The notes below the pieces were generated by a model that was not told the DNA's origin, ran no database searches, and saw only the letters and a list, made by a program, of their open reading frames with translations. A stretch of 64,000 nucleotides of DNA, taken from Leucoraja erinacea. Lineage: Eukaryota. This document shows positions 36,931-50,796 of this stretch, one piece after another. The stretch lies in the NCBI RefSeq assembly GCF_028641065.1, contig NW_026576645.1, forward strand, positions 1 to 64,000, read 5' to 3'. Within the stretch, counting starts at the first letter, position 1, and the number at the start of each line of letters is the position of its first letter. A program made the position numbers and the translations under genes.

Positions 36931-37999
36931 TCTGTCTTCAAAAATCATGTAATTCCAATTAAAATCGGACACTTCGGAGACCTAAACTGGCCTCGGTACA
37001 CTTCTGAGACCGGAATGTTTATTGTAGAGTAAGTCTGATACGAATTAAAGGCAGCGTTTTCCATTTAGCCCCGTTTCACTGATGCACTGCGCGCGTTATC
37101 TGTCCACATCACTGACATGCTCGTTACTTTTCGACAGAAATATCGAAACTAACGTAAACTTTGCAGTTAATTCCCACTTTAGGGCTGAGCTGGGAAGTGG
37201 GGCTATGCCCTGCCACTGATATATTTACATTTTTCACCAGAGGGGCTGGGAAATCCGTCCAAGTGTTCGGACCCACAAACACAGTGACATCTGTCTGAGC
37301 CGCCCACCCCTTTAATACACCCTCTGACACAATTTTCACATCTACACATTCACAGCTCAGACAGTTGGCCCGTTGCACAGTTCCCAGGGTGGGATTACCT
37401 CTCCGCTCGACCCATGCTGTGGATTCTCGGGGGTTACGTGTAGTTTTCCAGTTCAGTAAACTCGCTGAAGCCGCCGCTCATCAGAGTCTCTGATCCCTGG
37501 ATTCGAAATTCGTCTCGTCTCTTTCTTACATGAGCGACCCTGTATTTTTAAACAGTCCAACACCGGACACAAACTCCAGTTGTGGTTTCAATAACTCACT
37601 GTATGTCTGAAATGTAATGTATTTACTTTTTATTTAACGGATAGTATTATGGTCACTGTCTCCCCACTGACTCTTCAGTCACTTGCTCTGCCTAATCTCC
37701 CAATAGGAGACCCAGGGTCGCCTCTCTGTCAAGCCCTTCCACATATTGTTCGCAAAATCTTTCCTGGAATTCCACCCCTTCCATAGCCTCAAATCTATGA
37801 CAGACCCAGTCCCAGAAGTTTAAATCGCTTACCAGTATAACCCTGTTATACTTGCAGCTTTCTGCAACCTCCGTCCCCTACATCATGAAACCCGTTAAGT
37901 TCACTAATTCACTGATTCTTTTTACGTCTGCTTGCGAATTGTTGTAAATCAGGCAGCAGGGCCCGAAGATCTCTGTGAACCTCGGGCCTTTGTTATCTC

Positions 38000-39175
38000 A
38001 GTATGTGGAGTTGGTTTATTATTGTCACGTAGCAATATGATGTGTCAAAGTTTATTTTGTATATAATGCAGGCACATCGTACAGTCACAAAATACATGAG
38101 TGCAAAAAGGAAACAAAGTGCAAGGGGCCACTACGAGGAGGATTGGAAGATTGGAAACATATGAAAGGTCTGTTCAAGAATCTGATAACAGCGGGCGAAT
38201 AGCTAATCTTGAATCTGGTGGTATGTGCTTTCAAACTGTCATATTCTTCACCTGACAGCTGAGGAGACGAGATAAAATGACCAGGTTATGAGTGGTCCAT
38301 GGATTATGTTGGTTGCTTTCCCGAGGCAGGGTGCAGTGTAGATTAAGTTGATGGAGCAGGTTGGTTTGTGTTGGACAGGGCTGTTTCCACAACTCTCTGC
38401 ATCTTATTGAGATCCTGGACAGACCTGCAATCTATGATGCTTGTGGATCAATGATTTCTATGGTGGTGCATCAGCAGAAATTGCCAGTCATTGGAGAGCT
38501 GCTAGATTTATTTGATGTTCTTTGAAGTAGAGGCGTTGGTGTGGCGCTTATCGTAGAATCAATGTATTTGTACCAGAACAAATAGTTGGTGATAGCCGGA
38601 CATAGTGCAAATTCCATTTTCAAGTTCGCTGATGACACCACCATTGTGGTTTGAATTACAAATGGTGCAGAGTCAGAGTGTAAAAGTGAGATTGAGGGAC
38701 TGACCATATGCTGATGGCACCACAGCCTGGCTCTCAATACCTGTAAAATGAAAGAACTGATTGTGGACTTTGGAAGAGGAAGGTTGACCCCCCACAATCC
38801 TGTTCACATCATTGAGTCAAAAACTTCAAATTCCTGGTCATGCAGATTTCCGCCGATCTTTCCTGGACCCAGCACACTGATGCAATCATAAAGAAAGCAC
38901 ATCAGCGCCTCTACTTCCTGAGAACATTACGGAGATTTCAGTCTTTACCGCTCCTGGACGTTCAAGTTGCCGAACCAGGCCACAATACACCAGTCAGTAT
39001 GCTCTCTACTGTGCTCCTGTAGAAGTTGAAGAGAATCCTCTTTGACATGTTTGTTTTATTTCTGAGTTTTTGTGATATTATTTATTATGATTCCATATTC
39101 TTATGCGCTGCAGCACATAAGAATTTCATTGTTTTATCTGGGACACATAACAATAAAACACTTGACCTGACTCTT
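38000..39175. mobile_element. Rearranged Rex1 fragments on both strands
   Basis: KFADDTTIV, KMKELIVDF and KKAHQRLYFLR motifs; Rex1-type 3' end aatttcattgtt..acaataaa. Confidence 0.7.
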
Positions 39176-39639
39176 AAGTTCCATTTGCCATTACTTGGGC
39201 CTCTGTCACAGCTGATTTAGACCCAGCATCAATATTAGATAACTTTATTCACTGTCCACGATACCGCTAATTTGTCATCCGTTAACTTGCTAACCATGAC
39301 AATTGTAGAATCATCCAAATGATGGACATAGATGATAAACAACAGTGGATCCAGGTGCAATAATAATTATAATAATTGTCTATTGTAGTTCACAACTTTT
39401 GAGGTTGTAATGTTTAATAGCCTGATGGCTGTAGGGAGGTTGCTGTTACTGAACCTGGTTGTTACAGTTCTCAGGCTCCTGTACCTTCTTCCCGATGGCA
39501 GTGGTGAGATGTGTGTGTGGCCAGAATGGTGTGGGACTTTGATGATTTTGGCTGCCTTTTTGAGGTAGCGACTACGATAGATCCCTTCGATGATGGGGAG
39601 GTCAGAGTCAGTGATGGCCTGGGCAGTGTTTACGCTACC

Positions 39640-39854
39640 ACCCCTCCCTCTCTACCCACCTCCCTCTCTAGAGATTGAAGAGGGAGGCTGAAGAGTAGGA
39701 GGAAGGAGTGCTGGTGGATGAGGAAAAATAACTCGCGCCTGTGTAGCTGCGGGCTATGAGTGAGTGGTGCAATAACAGCTTGCGTTGGGGGAACTGGGGA
39801 GTGGTGGGACCTCGAGTTGTGGGAGCAGACCCAATGGGTCTGCACTTGGTCTAG
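39640..39854 (+). mobile_element. Helitron-like 3' terminus
   Basis: Hairpin gcagaccc-aat-gggtctgc (39825-39843), then acttggtCTAG|T. Confidence 0.65.
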
Positions 39855-40389
39855 TGACAATTAAACGTTCTTGAGTCTTGAGAGCCCTCGGTCGGTGGGA
39901 GCGCAGCGAGCCGGCTGCCCTGCCAGCAGCGTATTCGTTATTTCAACTTTTTTTGGGGTTTTTGGTGTGCCTAAATGTTAGTTAGGTGTCTCTTGGTGGG
40001 TCTTGTGTAGGGTGGGGGGGAGAGTGAACAGGGAGGAACCGTTTTCGGATGCCTCCTCGACTTCCTTACCTGGTAGTGATTCCCACTCACGCTGCTGTCA
40101 ACGATTTACCACCATTGCCCCTCAGACTCACTTTGCACGGAATCACCGCTCACTTTCTCAATAAATTTCCCTTTTATTTTATTTCACCAGAATGTTTACT
40201 CTTTACACGATTCTGACTGGCTGCATCTCTCGCCTCTTACTTTGTTCTTTATCTCTTTCATTAATTTTTCGCTGATCTTTTTCATTGCTACTGCCTTGGA
40301 AACAAGATTTTATTTTGTTCAAGTTTCCGTCTTGAGAAAACAGTTTCTATTTTGCTTCCCCAGTTGCAGATTTTACACCAAAATGTCTC

Positions 40390-41205
40390 CATGAAGCCAG
40401 GAAACAATGTGAGAGTCATGTTTTTTAACTTCTCCAGTGACTTTACCACCATCCGGCCTGCACTGCTAGGCAGCAAACTGACGATGATATGGGTGGATGC
40501 TCCATTAGTGTCCTGGCTCACCAACTACCTGACTGGGTGACCACAATGTCAGGCTACAGAATTGTGTCTCGGACATGATAGTGAGCAACACGAGGGGCTC
40601 ACAGGGGACAGTCCTCTCTCCCTTCCTGTTCAACATCTACACCACGGACTTCAGATATAACTCGGACTCCTGCCACCTGCAGAGGTTTTCGGATGACTAC
40701 AATTGTGGGCTGCATTAGTGAGGAGAGGGAAGCTGAATACAGAGGTGTTTTCAACAACTTTGTTGGGTGGTGTGGATTGAATCACCCGATTTTCTAACAA
40801 CGGTGGTAGCCAGTGCTGCAGATGCCAACAGGATTAACAACCTCATCAGGAAGGCTAGCTCCGACCTGGGGGCAGAGTTGGATTCATAAGAGGTGGTGTT
40901 GGAGGGGGAGGATGCTACTCACCTGCGGAGCATCTTGAACAATACAGCTCACCCTCTCCACGACACACGTAACAACCTGACCTGTGCACCACCTTCAGCA
41001 ACAGACTGGTTCAGCCATGATGCAGTACAGCACGTCTGAGGATATCCTTCTTCCCTGTGGCTATCAGACTGTACAACTCCTCCCCTTTCTGTCTTGCGGT
41101 AGACTGGCTTCCCTTCCCCTCCATCCCCAAATATTTGCTCATCCCCAAACGTTTCATTCCGTCACTTTAATTTCATGTTTCATGTATCTTGTGCTTTATG
41201 ACTGT
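40390..41205 (+). mobile_element. Rex1 RT and 3' fragment
   Basis: VRVMFFNFSSDFTTIRP..LVSWLTNYLT, QGTVLSPFLF and CHLQRFSDD motifs. Confidence 0.8.
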
Positions 41206-41209
41206 TTAA

Positions 41210-41262
41210 ACACAAAATAAAGACTCTTGGAAGCCACCCAGAGCCTCACAGTGAGAGCAGGC
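41210..41262 (+). pseudogene. Decayed orphan H4-type 3' end
   Basis: acacaaaataaagactcttggaagccacccagagcctcacagtgagagcag vs intact H4 acacaaaacaaaggctcttctaagagccgcccacagcctcacagagggagcag. Confidence 0.7.
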
Positions 41263-41533
41263 ACCCGGGAGTGAGTAGAAAGCCAACAGTTTGTATACTA
41301 ATCTCTTATGTGGGAACTTGTCGAAAGCCTTCTGAAAGTCCAGATATTTATGCAAAGAGCGATCTTGTTCCCATAGGTTAGCGGTTTAAAATAGTAAGAA
41401 TGATTCCTAGAAGTCTCTCACCATGAAACTAATTAACACTTGGTGTGTATTGTAGGTGGGTCAGCATAGAATAACTGTGGATGCGGGGATCCATTATCAT
41501 ACATCAATATGTAAATAATTTCTTAAAGTCTAA

Positions 41534-41982
41534 GGGTCCCTGGTGGGAGACCGCTTTTCGGGGCTTCCGCAACGGCGACTTTCCCCGCCCGAGTTGCGGG
41601 GTTGAAGAGTACCTGGAGCGGGGCCCCTACATCGCCCGGTGCGGCTTTAACTGCCGCGGGACTTGCTAGCGCCCGCCGGGGGCTCCAATACCAAGACCTG
41701 GAGCGCGGCCTTGCATCGCCCAGCGCGGCTTTAATTGCCGCGTGAAACTTACCATCGCCCGCCGGGGACTTTGACTCCGACATCGGGAGGAATGCATGGG
41801 AGAGATAAGACTTTGCCTTCTATCACAGTGAGGAGGAGATTCATTGTGATGGATGTTTGTTTAAATTGTGTTGTGTCTTGGTTCGTTTTTCTTGTGTGTA
41901 TGACTGCAGAAACCAAATTTCGTTTGAACCTCAAGAGGTTCAAATGATAACAAATAAATTGTATTGTATTGTATTGTATTGT
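41534..41982 (+). mobile_element. 5'-truncated copy of the GC-rich retroposon seen at 5119-5974
   Basis: Shares gggtccctgg..ccgcccgagttgcggggttgaagag; 3' hairpin and (ttgta)n tail. Confidence 0.8.
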
Positions 41983-42202
41983 AAAATATATTTTATTTTT
42001 GGGCGGGCTTTTCAAATGTCAGTTATTTTTTGGAGCAACGGTTGTTTTCCTATTGGCGTCTGGTCATTGGAGAACGAGGCAGCTCTACGATTGGCCTATT
42101 TCATATTACCAATGAGATGAAGCGCTGCGCTACCAATGGTAAGCGCCCCACCACATTCTTCTCTAGAAGCTACAAGCAGGGCCAGTGCAGGAGAGTATCC
42201 AC

Positions 42203-42224
42203 CAAAGATCCTATAGGATCTTTC
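42203..42224. mobile_element. 22-bp TIR-only scar upstream of the H2A pseudogene
   Basis: caaagatcctataggatctttc between gtatccac and atttccac (6/8 TSD match). Confidence 0.8.
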
Positions 42225-42260
42225 ATTTCCACATTCTCTTTCCGCAGAAGTTTGTGGAAA

Positions 42261-42464
42261 TTGACTGGACGAGGGAAACCGGAGGCAAAGCCAAGACCAA
42301 GCCTAAGTCACGCTCGTCCCGAGCTAGACTGCAAATCCCGGTGGGCCGTGTTCACAGGCTCCGAGAGAAAAGGCAACTATGGTGAGCGGGTGGGTGCCGG
42401 AGCCCCGGTCTATCTGGCTGCTCTGCTCAAATATTTGACGGCTGAAATCGTCGAGCTGGCCGGC
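42261..42464 (+). pseudogene. Truncated H2A pseudogene
   Basis: Start is TTG instead of ATG; frameshifts; reads ..[32 protein letters not shown], then homology ends. CCAAT-rich promoter remnant at 42000-42180. Confidence 0.92.
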
Positions 42465-42893
42465 TACGCGGGATATTTCCGTTCTGTTTATCCGCTGTCG
42501 TGGGGAGCTGGGGGATATCAGAAAGGTCGAATGAGGGAAAATTTAATCTACTTTCATCTGTGTGACGACTTCAATTACTGGAAATAACTTAACCAGTCAA
42601 ACAGCATTTGTGGAGGGAAGGAATAGGCGACATTTCGCCGACACGAATCTGTGTCTCCATGTAGCAAATCCTGTCTTCATGACCCAATGCCACCCAGACT
42701 GTTCGACACGAGTACAACACTCCACAACAGTACAACCGATCACCAATGTAACAAAATGTTCATTTACAGGAACACATTGACTGCTGCAGGATGCAATATA
42801 ATTATTTGAAAATCTCATCGCACCCGGTTAACATATAACAAATTACAATTAATCAGATCTCGTGGTCACTGCTCCCTCTGTGAGGCTGTGGGC

Positions 42894-42909
42894 GGCTCTT
42901 AGAAGAGCC
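42894..42909 (-). terminator. H4 3' stem-loop
   Basis: GGCTCT-TCTA-AGAGCC. Confidence 0.93.
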
Positions 42910-42942
42910 TTTGTTTTGTGTTGGAATAAAGGGGGTAGTTAT

Positions 42943-43263
<321 letters not shown>

Positions 43264-43544
43264 TCACTCGAGTCGCTGCTCAGTGACAAGCTGACTGTTG
43301 CTGTCTTCTTTTATACGCAGCGCCCCGACCTGCCTGGGAAATGCAGAGTAAGAGGAAGGAGGGGAAAAGGCAGAATCAGAGTGACAGACAGAAAGAGGGA
43401 CGTCTCTCATCTTCCAGCTCCGCCTTCAGTTTTTTAGAATCGCCCATTTTGCAGGAAGACGCCCCACAGACCTAGATTTTGCCGATGACATTGCAATACC
43501 AGCAGAGACGAGAGCTTTGGAGGAGAATCAGCTGCCAGAAGACA

Positions 43545-44045
43545 AAGACATAGAAATATAGACATAGAAAATAGGTGCAGGAGTAGGCCATTCGGCCCTT
43601 CGAGCCTGCACCGCCATTCAATATGATCATGGCTGATCATTCAACTCAGTATCCTGTAACTGCCTTCTCTCCATACCCCCTGATACCTTTAGCCACAAGG
43701 GACACATCTAACTCCCTCTTAAATATAGCCAATGAACTGGCCTCAACTACCTTCCGTGGCACAGAATTCCAGAGATTCACCACTCTCTGTGTGAAAAATG
43801 TTTTTCTCATCTCGGTCCTAAAAGATTTCCCCCTTATCCTTAAACTGTGACCCCTTGTTCTGGACTTCCCCAACATCGGGAACAATCTTCCTGCATCTAG
43901 CCTGTCCAACCCTTTAAGAATGTTGTAAGTTTCTATAAGTTCCCCCTCAATCTTCTAAATTCTAGCGAGTACAAGCCGAGTCTATACAATCTTTCTTCAT
44001 ATGAAAGTCCTGACATCCCAGGAATCAGTCTGGTTTACCTTCTCC
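43545..44045 (-). mobile_element. CR1/HER1 3' fragment
   Basis: DRLDAGRLFPMLGKSRTRGHSL and a HER1 tail. Confidence 0.9.
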
Positions 44046-44069
44046 AGTCAGCATGGTCTCTGGAGACCA

Positions 44070-44765
44070 TGCAGACTGGAGACCAGCAGCCAATAGACCA
44101 ACTGATAATCAATGGGGAACCTGTGGAAAACGCCACAAGATTTACCTTTCTTGGCAGCATGTTCAAAGTAGATGGAGATGTAGAGTTCGACATCAACTCC
44201 CGAATTGGTAAAGCTGATAAATCAGTCTTCAGAAAGTTGGTAAATCAGTCTTCACAAAAATGCAGGCATTATGTTCTAGTGGCGGGATATCCAAGATGCT
44301 AAAGCTCAAGCTCTTCCAGTCTGAAATCCTCCCTACAGCCCTCTCTGCCAGTGAGACATGGAAAATCAATGTGAAGATGAAAAATAAATTGAATGTATTC
44401 CAACAACATTGCTTGAGGAAGATCCTGAAGATCAGCTACAGAGACCACATCACAAATGAGGATATCTACCGGGAAATTGCAACAAAGCTTCTCAGCCAGG
44501 AGATAGAGGTACGCAGGATGAAATGTGTAGGGCATGTACTCAGAATGTCACCAGATCGTGCATCTAAGATAGCAATGACATGGCAACCTGACGGAAGAAG
44601 AAAAAAAGGCCGACCAAAACTCACATGGAGGCGGAAATTCCAGAAGGATTTGGAAACCCGGGAGACAAACCTATCGAGGGTGGAATACGTTGCACATAAA
44701 CAAACAGAATGGCGAAAGCTTGCTGCACAACGCACTCAACAGTGGGAGGAACTAAGACGAAGTAA
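44070..44765 (+). mobile_element. RTE-clade LINE 3' fragment
   Basis: FTFLGS, DINSRIGKA, SETW, CLRKIL..DHITNE, GHVLRM and W.PDGRRKKGRPKLTWRR motifs. Confidence 0.85.
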
Positions 44766-45179
44766 AGTCATTTCCAACCGTGAATCAACAACAGAATTTA
44801 AATTTAGCATCCCGCTAATCCCTGTGTTGAACTGGTAGAAATAAGGAGCTGCAGATGCTGGTTCATAATAAAGATAGACACAGAGTGCAGGAGTAACCAG
44901 CATCTCAGGGGAAAAGGGATAGGTGACGCTTTTCTCCGCAACCCTTCTTCAGCCTGAAATTGGGGAGGGGATGTGGGTAAATGGGGAGGGAGTGGGGAGG
45001 GCGTGGAAAATTGGAGGCGAGAAAAGACCGGGACAAATCAGGGCCGGCAACAATTTACCTTTCCGCCTGGACATTGGAGGAACAGCACCTGATGTTTAGC
45101 TTGTGAAGCGGTATGAACGGTGATTCTCTGTGTTTAAATGACTTCCACCAACATCCTCCTCCCCTAGGGTGGGCAGACT

Positions 45180-47560
45180 AGGATGGGCAGATGGCAAATA
45201 AGAGATGTTGCATTTTGGTCTATGAAACAATGGACAGGACTTGCACATAAATGGTAGGACCCTGAAGCGTGTGGAAGAACACAGAGATCTGGGTGTACAG
45301 CTCCCTGAAAATGGTGAGTCAGGTGGACAGTGCAGTGTAGGTGGTGTTTTGCATGTTTTACTTCACTGGGAAGGATATAGAGTACAAAAGTTGCCACATC
45401 ATGATGCAGCTGCACAAGTCGTCGGTCAGAGCATGATTGCAGTATTGTATGGAGTTCTGGCCGCCCAGCTTTTACAAGAATGTCATTAAATTGGAACGGG
45501 TGCAGAAGAGATGCACCGTATGTTACCTGGGCTTGCATTATAGGGAGTGGATGGATCGGCTGGGCCTTTTTACTTTGCAGCATTGAAGGCTAAACAGTGA
45601 CCTTTTTGATGTGTACAAGAAACTGATGGGCAGGGTAAACTGAATGAACAGTTTTTTTTCCCCTCGGGAAGAGGATTCATTAAAAAAAGGCACACGGTGA
45701 AGGTGAAATTAGATAAACTCAACAGAAACCTAAAGAGCAACACTTTTATTCAGAGTGTCGTCCACATCTGGAATGAGCTTCCAGAAGAATGTATAGGAGT
45801 GGATACAATTATGACATTTGGACAGATACAAGGCCAGGAAGATTTTAGAGGGATATGGGCCAAAAGTTGGTAAAAGAGACTAGCCCAATATGTCAACCTA
45901 GTTGGTATGGACAAGGTTTCCATGCTGTACAGCTCTATCACTTTATGACTTGTATTTTATACAATCACTGATGACTGGCACTCACTGTGTGAATTAAAAA
46001 GATTTAGGTTTATTATTGTCACGTGTACCAACAGGAAACAATAAAACTTCCCTGCACTGTACTGCAAGGAGACAGGCCTGGAAAACACACTATTTGACCA
46101 TCACACCGCACAACAATGTAATGACATGGACCTCACATTCCCTGTGGGGCAACAGATTTCCAACACCAACCCCTCCTGTACAGATAAAGACAGGAACACC
46201 CCCTGCACTACACTGTGAAGTCACAGCCCAGTACAGATCACACAACCTGTGGTCTGAGAGATTTGCACCAGCCATTCCCAACATTGTAAGGGCACAGACC
46301 TGCACAAACCATCTCAGAACTGCATGGAGACTGCCCAGTACAACTCCAGCACTGACAGCAGGGAGATGGACAAAGGGAAATCAGCCACAGTCCAAGACCA
46401 AGCTCAGGGAACTGGGTCTCTGCACATCCATATGCAACTGGATCAAATTCCTGGGCATGCATATTTCGAAAGATCTGCCCTGGCCCCAGCACATTGATGC
46501 AATCATAAAGAAAGTGCATCAATGTTTCTACTTCTAAGACTGGGGAAATTCAGTATGCCAACAAATACGTTATTTAATTTCAACAGATGTACAGTGGAGA
46601 ACATAGTGACTGGTTGCATCATGGCCTGGTTCAGCAACTTGAACGACTAGAATCATAGATGATTGCACAAATGGATGAACACTGCCCAGTCCATAGACAC
46701 AAAAAGCTGGAGTAACTCAGTGGCACAGGCAGCATTTCTGGAGAGGGTGACATTTCAAGTCTAGACCCTTCTTCAGGCTGGTTAGGGAAAAGGGAAACAA
46801 GCAATATGGAAAGGTAAAGAACAATGAATGAAAGATATGCAAAAAAGAAGCAATGATAAAAGAGACAGGCCATTCTTAGCTGAGAAGCTATTGCGTCTTA
46901 GGTGGGGGAGGTATAGAGTGAGAGAGAATGCTGGGGCTACCTAAAGTGAGATACATAGAAAAAGGTGAAGGACTAGGCCATTCGGCCCTTCGAGCCAGCA
47001 CCACCAATATTATGACCATGGATGATCATCTAAAATCAGTACCCAGTTTCAGGTTTTGCTACCCTCCAGTACACAGGAACTGATCCAGAGTTGAGTTAAA
47101 ATTGGAAAATGGTCACCAATGCATCCACGATTTCTGGGGTACACCTCCTTGAGTACACTGGGATGTAGACCATCAGGCCCTGGGGATTTATTTGCCTCCG
47201 TTAGTAAAAAACGGTTTACTAACACCATTTCTTGACTAATGTGAATTAGTTTCAGTTCCTTCCTCTCATTAAATCCTCGGTCCCCTAGTATTTCTGGGAG
47301 ATTGTTTGTGTCTTCCTTAGTGATGACAGAACTAAAGTACTCATTTAAATGTTCTGTCATTTCCTTGTTTCTCCATTATAAATTCATCTGTCTCTGCTTA
47401 TAAGGGACCTACATTTGTTTTCACTAATCTGATCCTTTTTACATATCTAAAGAAGCTTTTACAGTCCATTTTTATATTCCCGCAAGCTTTCATTCATGCT
47501 CTTTTTCCACCCCTTTGTCCCCCTCCATTGAGTTCTAAATTTTACGGTTCTTCTCACAGT
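45180..47560. mobile_element. Mosaic of decayed CR1, Rex1 and Penelope-like fragments
   Basis: CR1 3' (+, 45.2-45.95 kb), Rex1 (46.4-46.7 kb), hammerhead-like core (-, ~46745-46778), CR1 ORF2 (-, 47.05-47.55 kb). Confidence 0.6.
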
Positions 47561-48104
47561 CCTGGTGTTGCTGTTACGTTCCCACCCTCTGCACTGACAC
47601 AGACATGTTATCTTCTTATTCCCTCTCAGCTTGTCCCTGTCTCCAAATATTTCACCCACAACATTACATATAGAGCAGACTAATATGAACAAGGTACTGC
47701 ATTTGCATTTTGCTGCTGTTGATGTGATTTAATTGCTGTGGTGAACATGATGTATTAACTGCAACCTCCTGTGTTGTAAGTCCCCTGAAATCTCACTTCT
47801 TATCAAGATCACCACAAGTTCTTGGTCCTTTCACTGAACCAACTTTTACACCTAAGTGAGGATTTGACCCCGGTTTATGAATAATAACCTGTCCATAACC
47901 TAATACCCTTTGCACAAAAATCCAACCGCTGTTATGTTCCATGAATCGTATTTGTTTCAAATGGTTACCAGGTGAAATTAATGGGAGGTTACATTCCCAG
48001 AATCTCCTATCAGATAATTAATTCACTTGCAGTCTGTATTGTAAATGGACCGGGATCAAGTGAAGGGTGCAGTGGCTAAACCACATTCACACATTTATAA
48101 TGTT

Positions 48105-48780
48105 CTAGACTAAGTGGGACCCGTTAGGACCCAGCATCAAACGGGGGGGCTGGTCACCCAACGCAATAGTCCAGATCTCCACCAATTCCAATATTGCTCA
48201 CCAGTGGGGGAGTGGGGGGGGGGGGGTTCTGTTGCAGTAGTATGGGTGTTGTGGGCCAAAGGTACTGGTTTCCAGAGGGCTAGTAGAGACATTGTGGGCC
48301 AAATGGATTCTTGGGCTGGCAGTTCAGTCACTGAGTCCTGGCAGTACAGTCACTCGGACCTGCCATGCTGGCAGCTGAGAAACTGAAAGAAATTCTGCCC
48401 AAAACAGGTGACAGACTGTGAGAGAGAAGGGAGAGAGGTTGGACTGAATGGATTATTGGGCTGGCAGTTCAGTCACTTACGGCTGGTGGGCTGGCAGTTC
48501 AGTGACTTACAGCTGGCTTGCTGGCAGTTTACTTATTCACGGCTCGTGGGCTGGCAGTTCACTTACTCATGGCTTGTGGGCTGGCAGTGCAGTCACTCAC
48601 GACTGGTACGCTGGCAGTTCATTCAATCACCCCTCCTCCCTTTATCCCCCCACTCTGCTCCTTGCCATTCCCCTCTCCCCCACACATTCAGTCCATCTCC
48701 CTACAACCTCATGCACTCCCTAACACCCCATGCACTCTTAGCAGCTCTCCCACAGAGCAGCCATTCTTTATTATTAACTA
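48105..48780 (-). mobile_element. Helitron-like non-autonomous element with internal ~30-bp minisatellite (48458-48625)
   Basis: Minus-strand end tgggtcct-aac-gggtcccacttagtCTAG; six gctggcagttcagtcactta-type units. Confidence 0.6.
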
Positions 48781-50337
48781 TTAAGTTCCGATTGTGATAA
48801 AGAACATGCAGGCATGAAAAATGGAAAAAGGATTTATTAAAGTTTAAATTATGAATTAGTCTTAAAATATAAGAACAATTTAAATGTTAATGATGAGAAT
48901 TATTAAATTCTTTCTTATTGTGTTTTGCAGCTCACTGCCTCTTGATGGCTATTTGCTGTTGATAAAAAAAGAGACAATTTTAATATAGAGAGATTGTGCG
49001 GTTGTAATTCTCAATCCTCTGGACTCACTGAAGAATTTGTGCAAAACATTTTTTGAGGCGGGGCTGTCGGGGTGGGGTGGGGGGTGGCTTCTTCTTTCGT
49101 GTGGCGTGCACAGCCTAAAGTTGTAGGACAACTTGTTCTATTTGAACTTCTGTTTGTGCACGTCGAGTTGATTGCATTATTCGAAACAGGGCGGACCACG
49201 TGCAGGTTGCAATCTTCCACCCCGGGGGTGGCAAACGTCTTGCAGCCGAGAGAGGGGGACGGCTACAAGCGGAGGCTCTCGTGGGCTGATGAGAGAGGGG
49301 GTGTCCTGCGGCGGGGGATGGGTGCGGCTTCGAGAGGGGGAGCATCCTATAGCCAGGTGGAGAGCAGCGTCTTGCGGTGGGGAGGCCAGTGGGGGGGGGC
49401 GGGTTATTACAACGAATCAGCTCTGAACTACGAAATACTATAGTATTCGTACTATTTGTTATTTGTTCACACACACACATCTAATTAAGGGCTAATTATT
49501 AAATTACTTGTCCCTGGGCTTTTGGCGCTCTTTTTAAATCTTCTTTCCCTTTGACTCACTTACTTCCAACCAATACTAGCTCTCGCTGCTTCTCTCCTCT
49601 CTCCGGCGGTCGGAGCTCAGTCATTCGGAGAAAAGACTGCAGTGTGATTGCCGGCCAATTTCAGTGCAAACAAGAACAGAGGCAAATGTTATCATAATTT
49701 CGTTTCCATCAATTTATATCGACTTTAATGTCCCCATAAAATGTATGCGGTGCGGATTTACCGATCCGCTAGCGAAACTGAAGGAATTCAGCTCTGCCCG
49801 AGGCTGGATATTAGTCGCTGTTTTCGGAGGGAAACCTTGAGTCAATTTTAGTCTTGCTGCATTAATTGTTCTGTAGGTGAGAGGGATACGGAGTTGGTTT
49901 CGAGGAGGATGTCTTACTGTAGGTCGCTGCTAATGTTCTGAGGAATATCTGCCTTAATGTAGCTCCCCGTATCAGCCAACCGCTGTTTCATGTTTAGTTT
50001 TGAGGTATAACGCGGAAACTGACCCTTTGAAACAGCGGGTCCGCACTGACTAACGATCCCCACACATGAACACTATCCTACAAATGATAAGTGTTTGATA
50101 AACATGTTTTTAAACATTTATATCAAACCAATGAACTTACAACCCTTTTGTGTGGGATGAATCGGGGACAACGTACAAACTGCGTACATGCAAGCGCCCG
50201 TAGTCAGGATCGAACCAGGGTCTGGATCCGCCACCGTGTAGACAACTCAATGTGCAGTCGGTTTTCGACAACGACAAGGAACATTTGTCCCGCATTAAGC
50301 ATAATCGATAATCAGCCGTTCCACAGACATGGTGAGT

Positions 50338-50353
50338 GGCTCTGAAAAGAGCC
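50338..50353 (-). terminator. Stem-loop of H2A copy 2
   Basis: GGCTCT-TTTC-AGAGCC. Confidence 0.95.
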
Positions 50354-50382
50354 TTTGGGTCACTATGTTGAGTTTCTCTCGC

Positions 50383-50796
<414 letters not shown>

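Noticed and set aside
36780-36941. 54-aa N-terminal extension of H1 (and 6-aa extension of H2B at 26334)
   Set aside because: Both begin at non-ATG starts and run through promoter or leader sequence.
48458-48625. Regularly spaced ~30-bp repeats, superficially CRISPR-like
   Set aside because: Tandem units without unique spacers, eukaryotic context and no cas genes.
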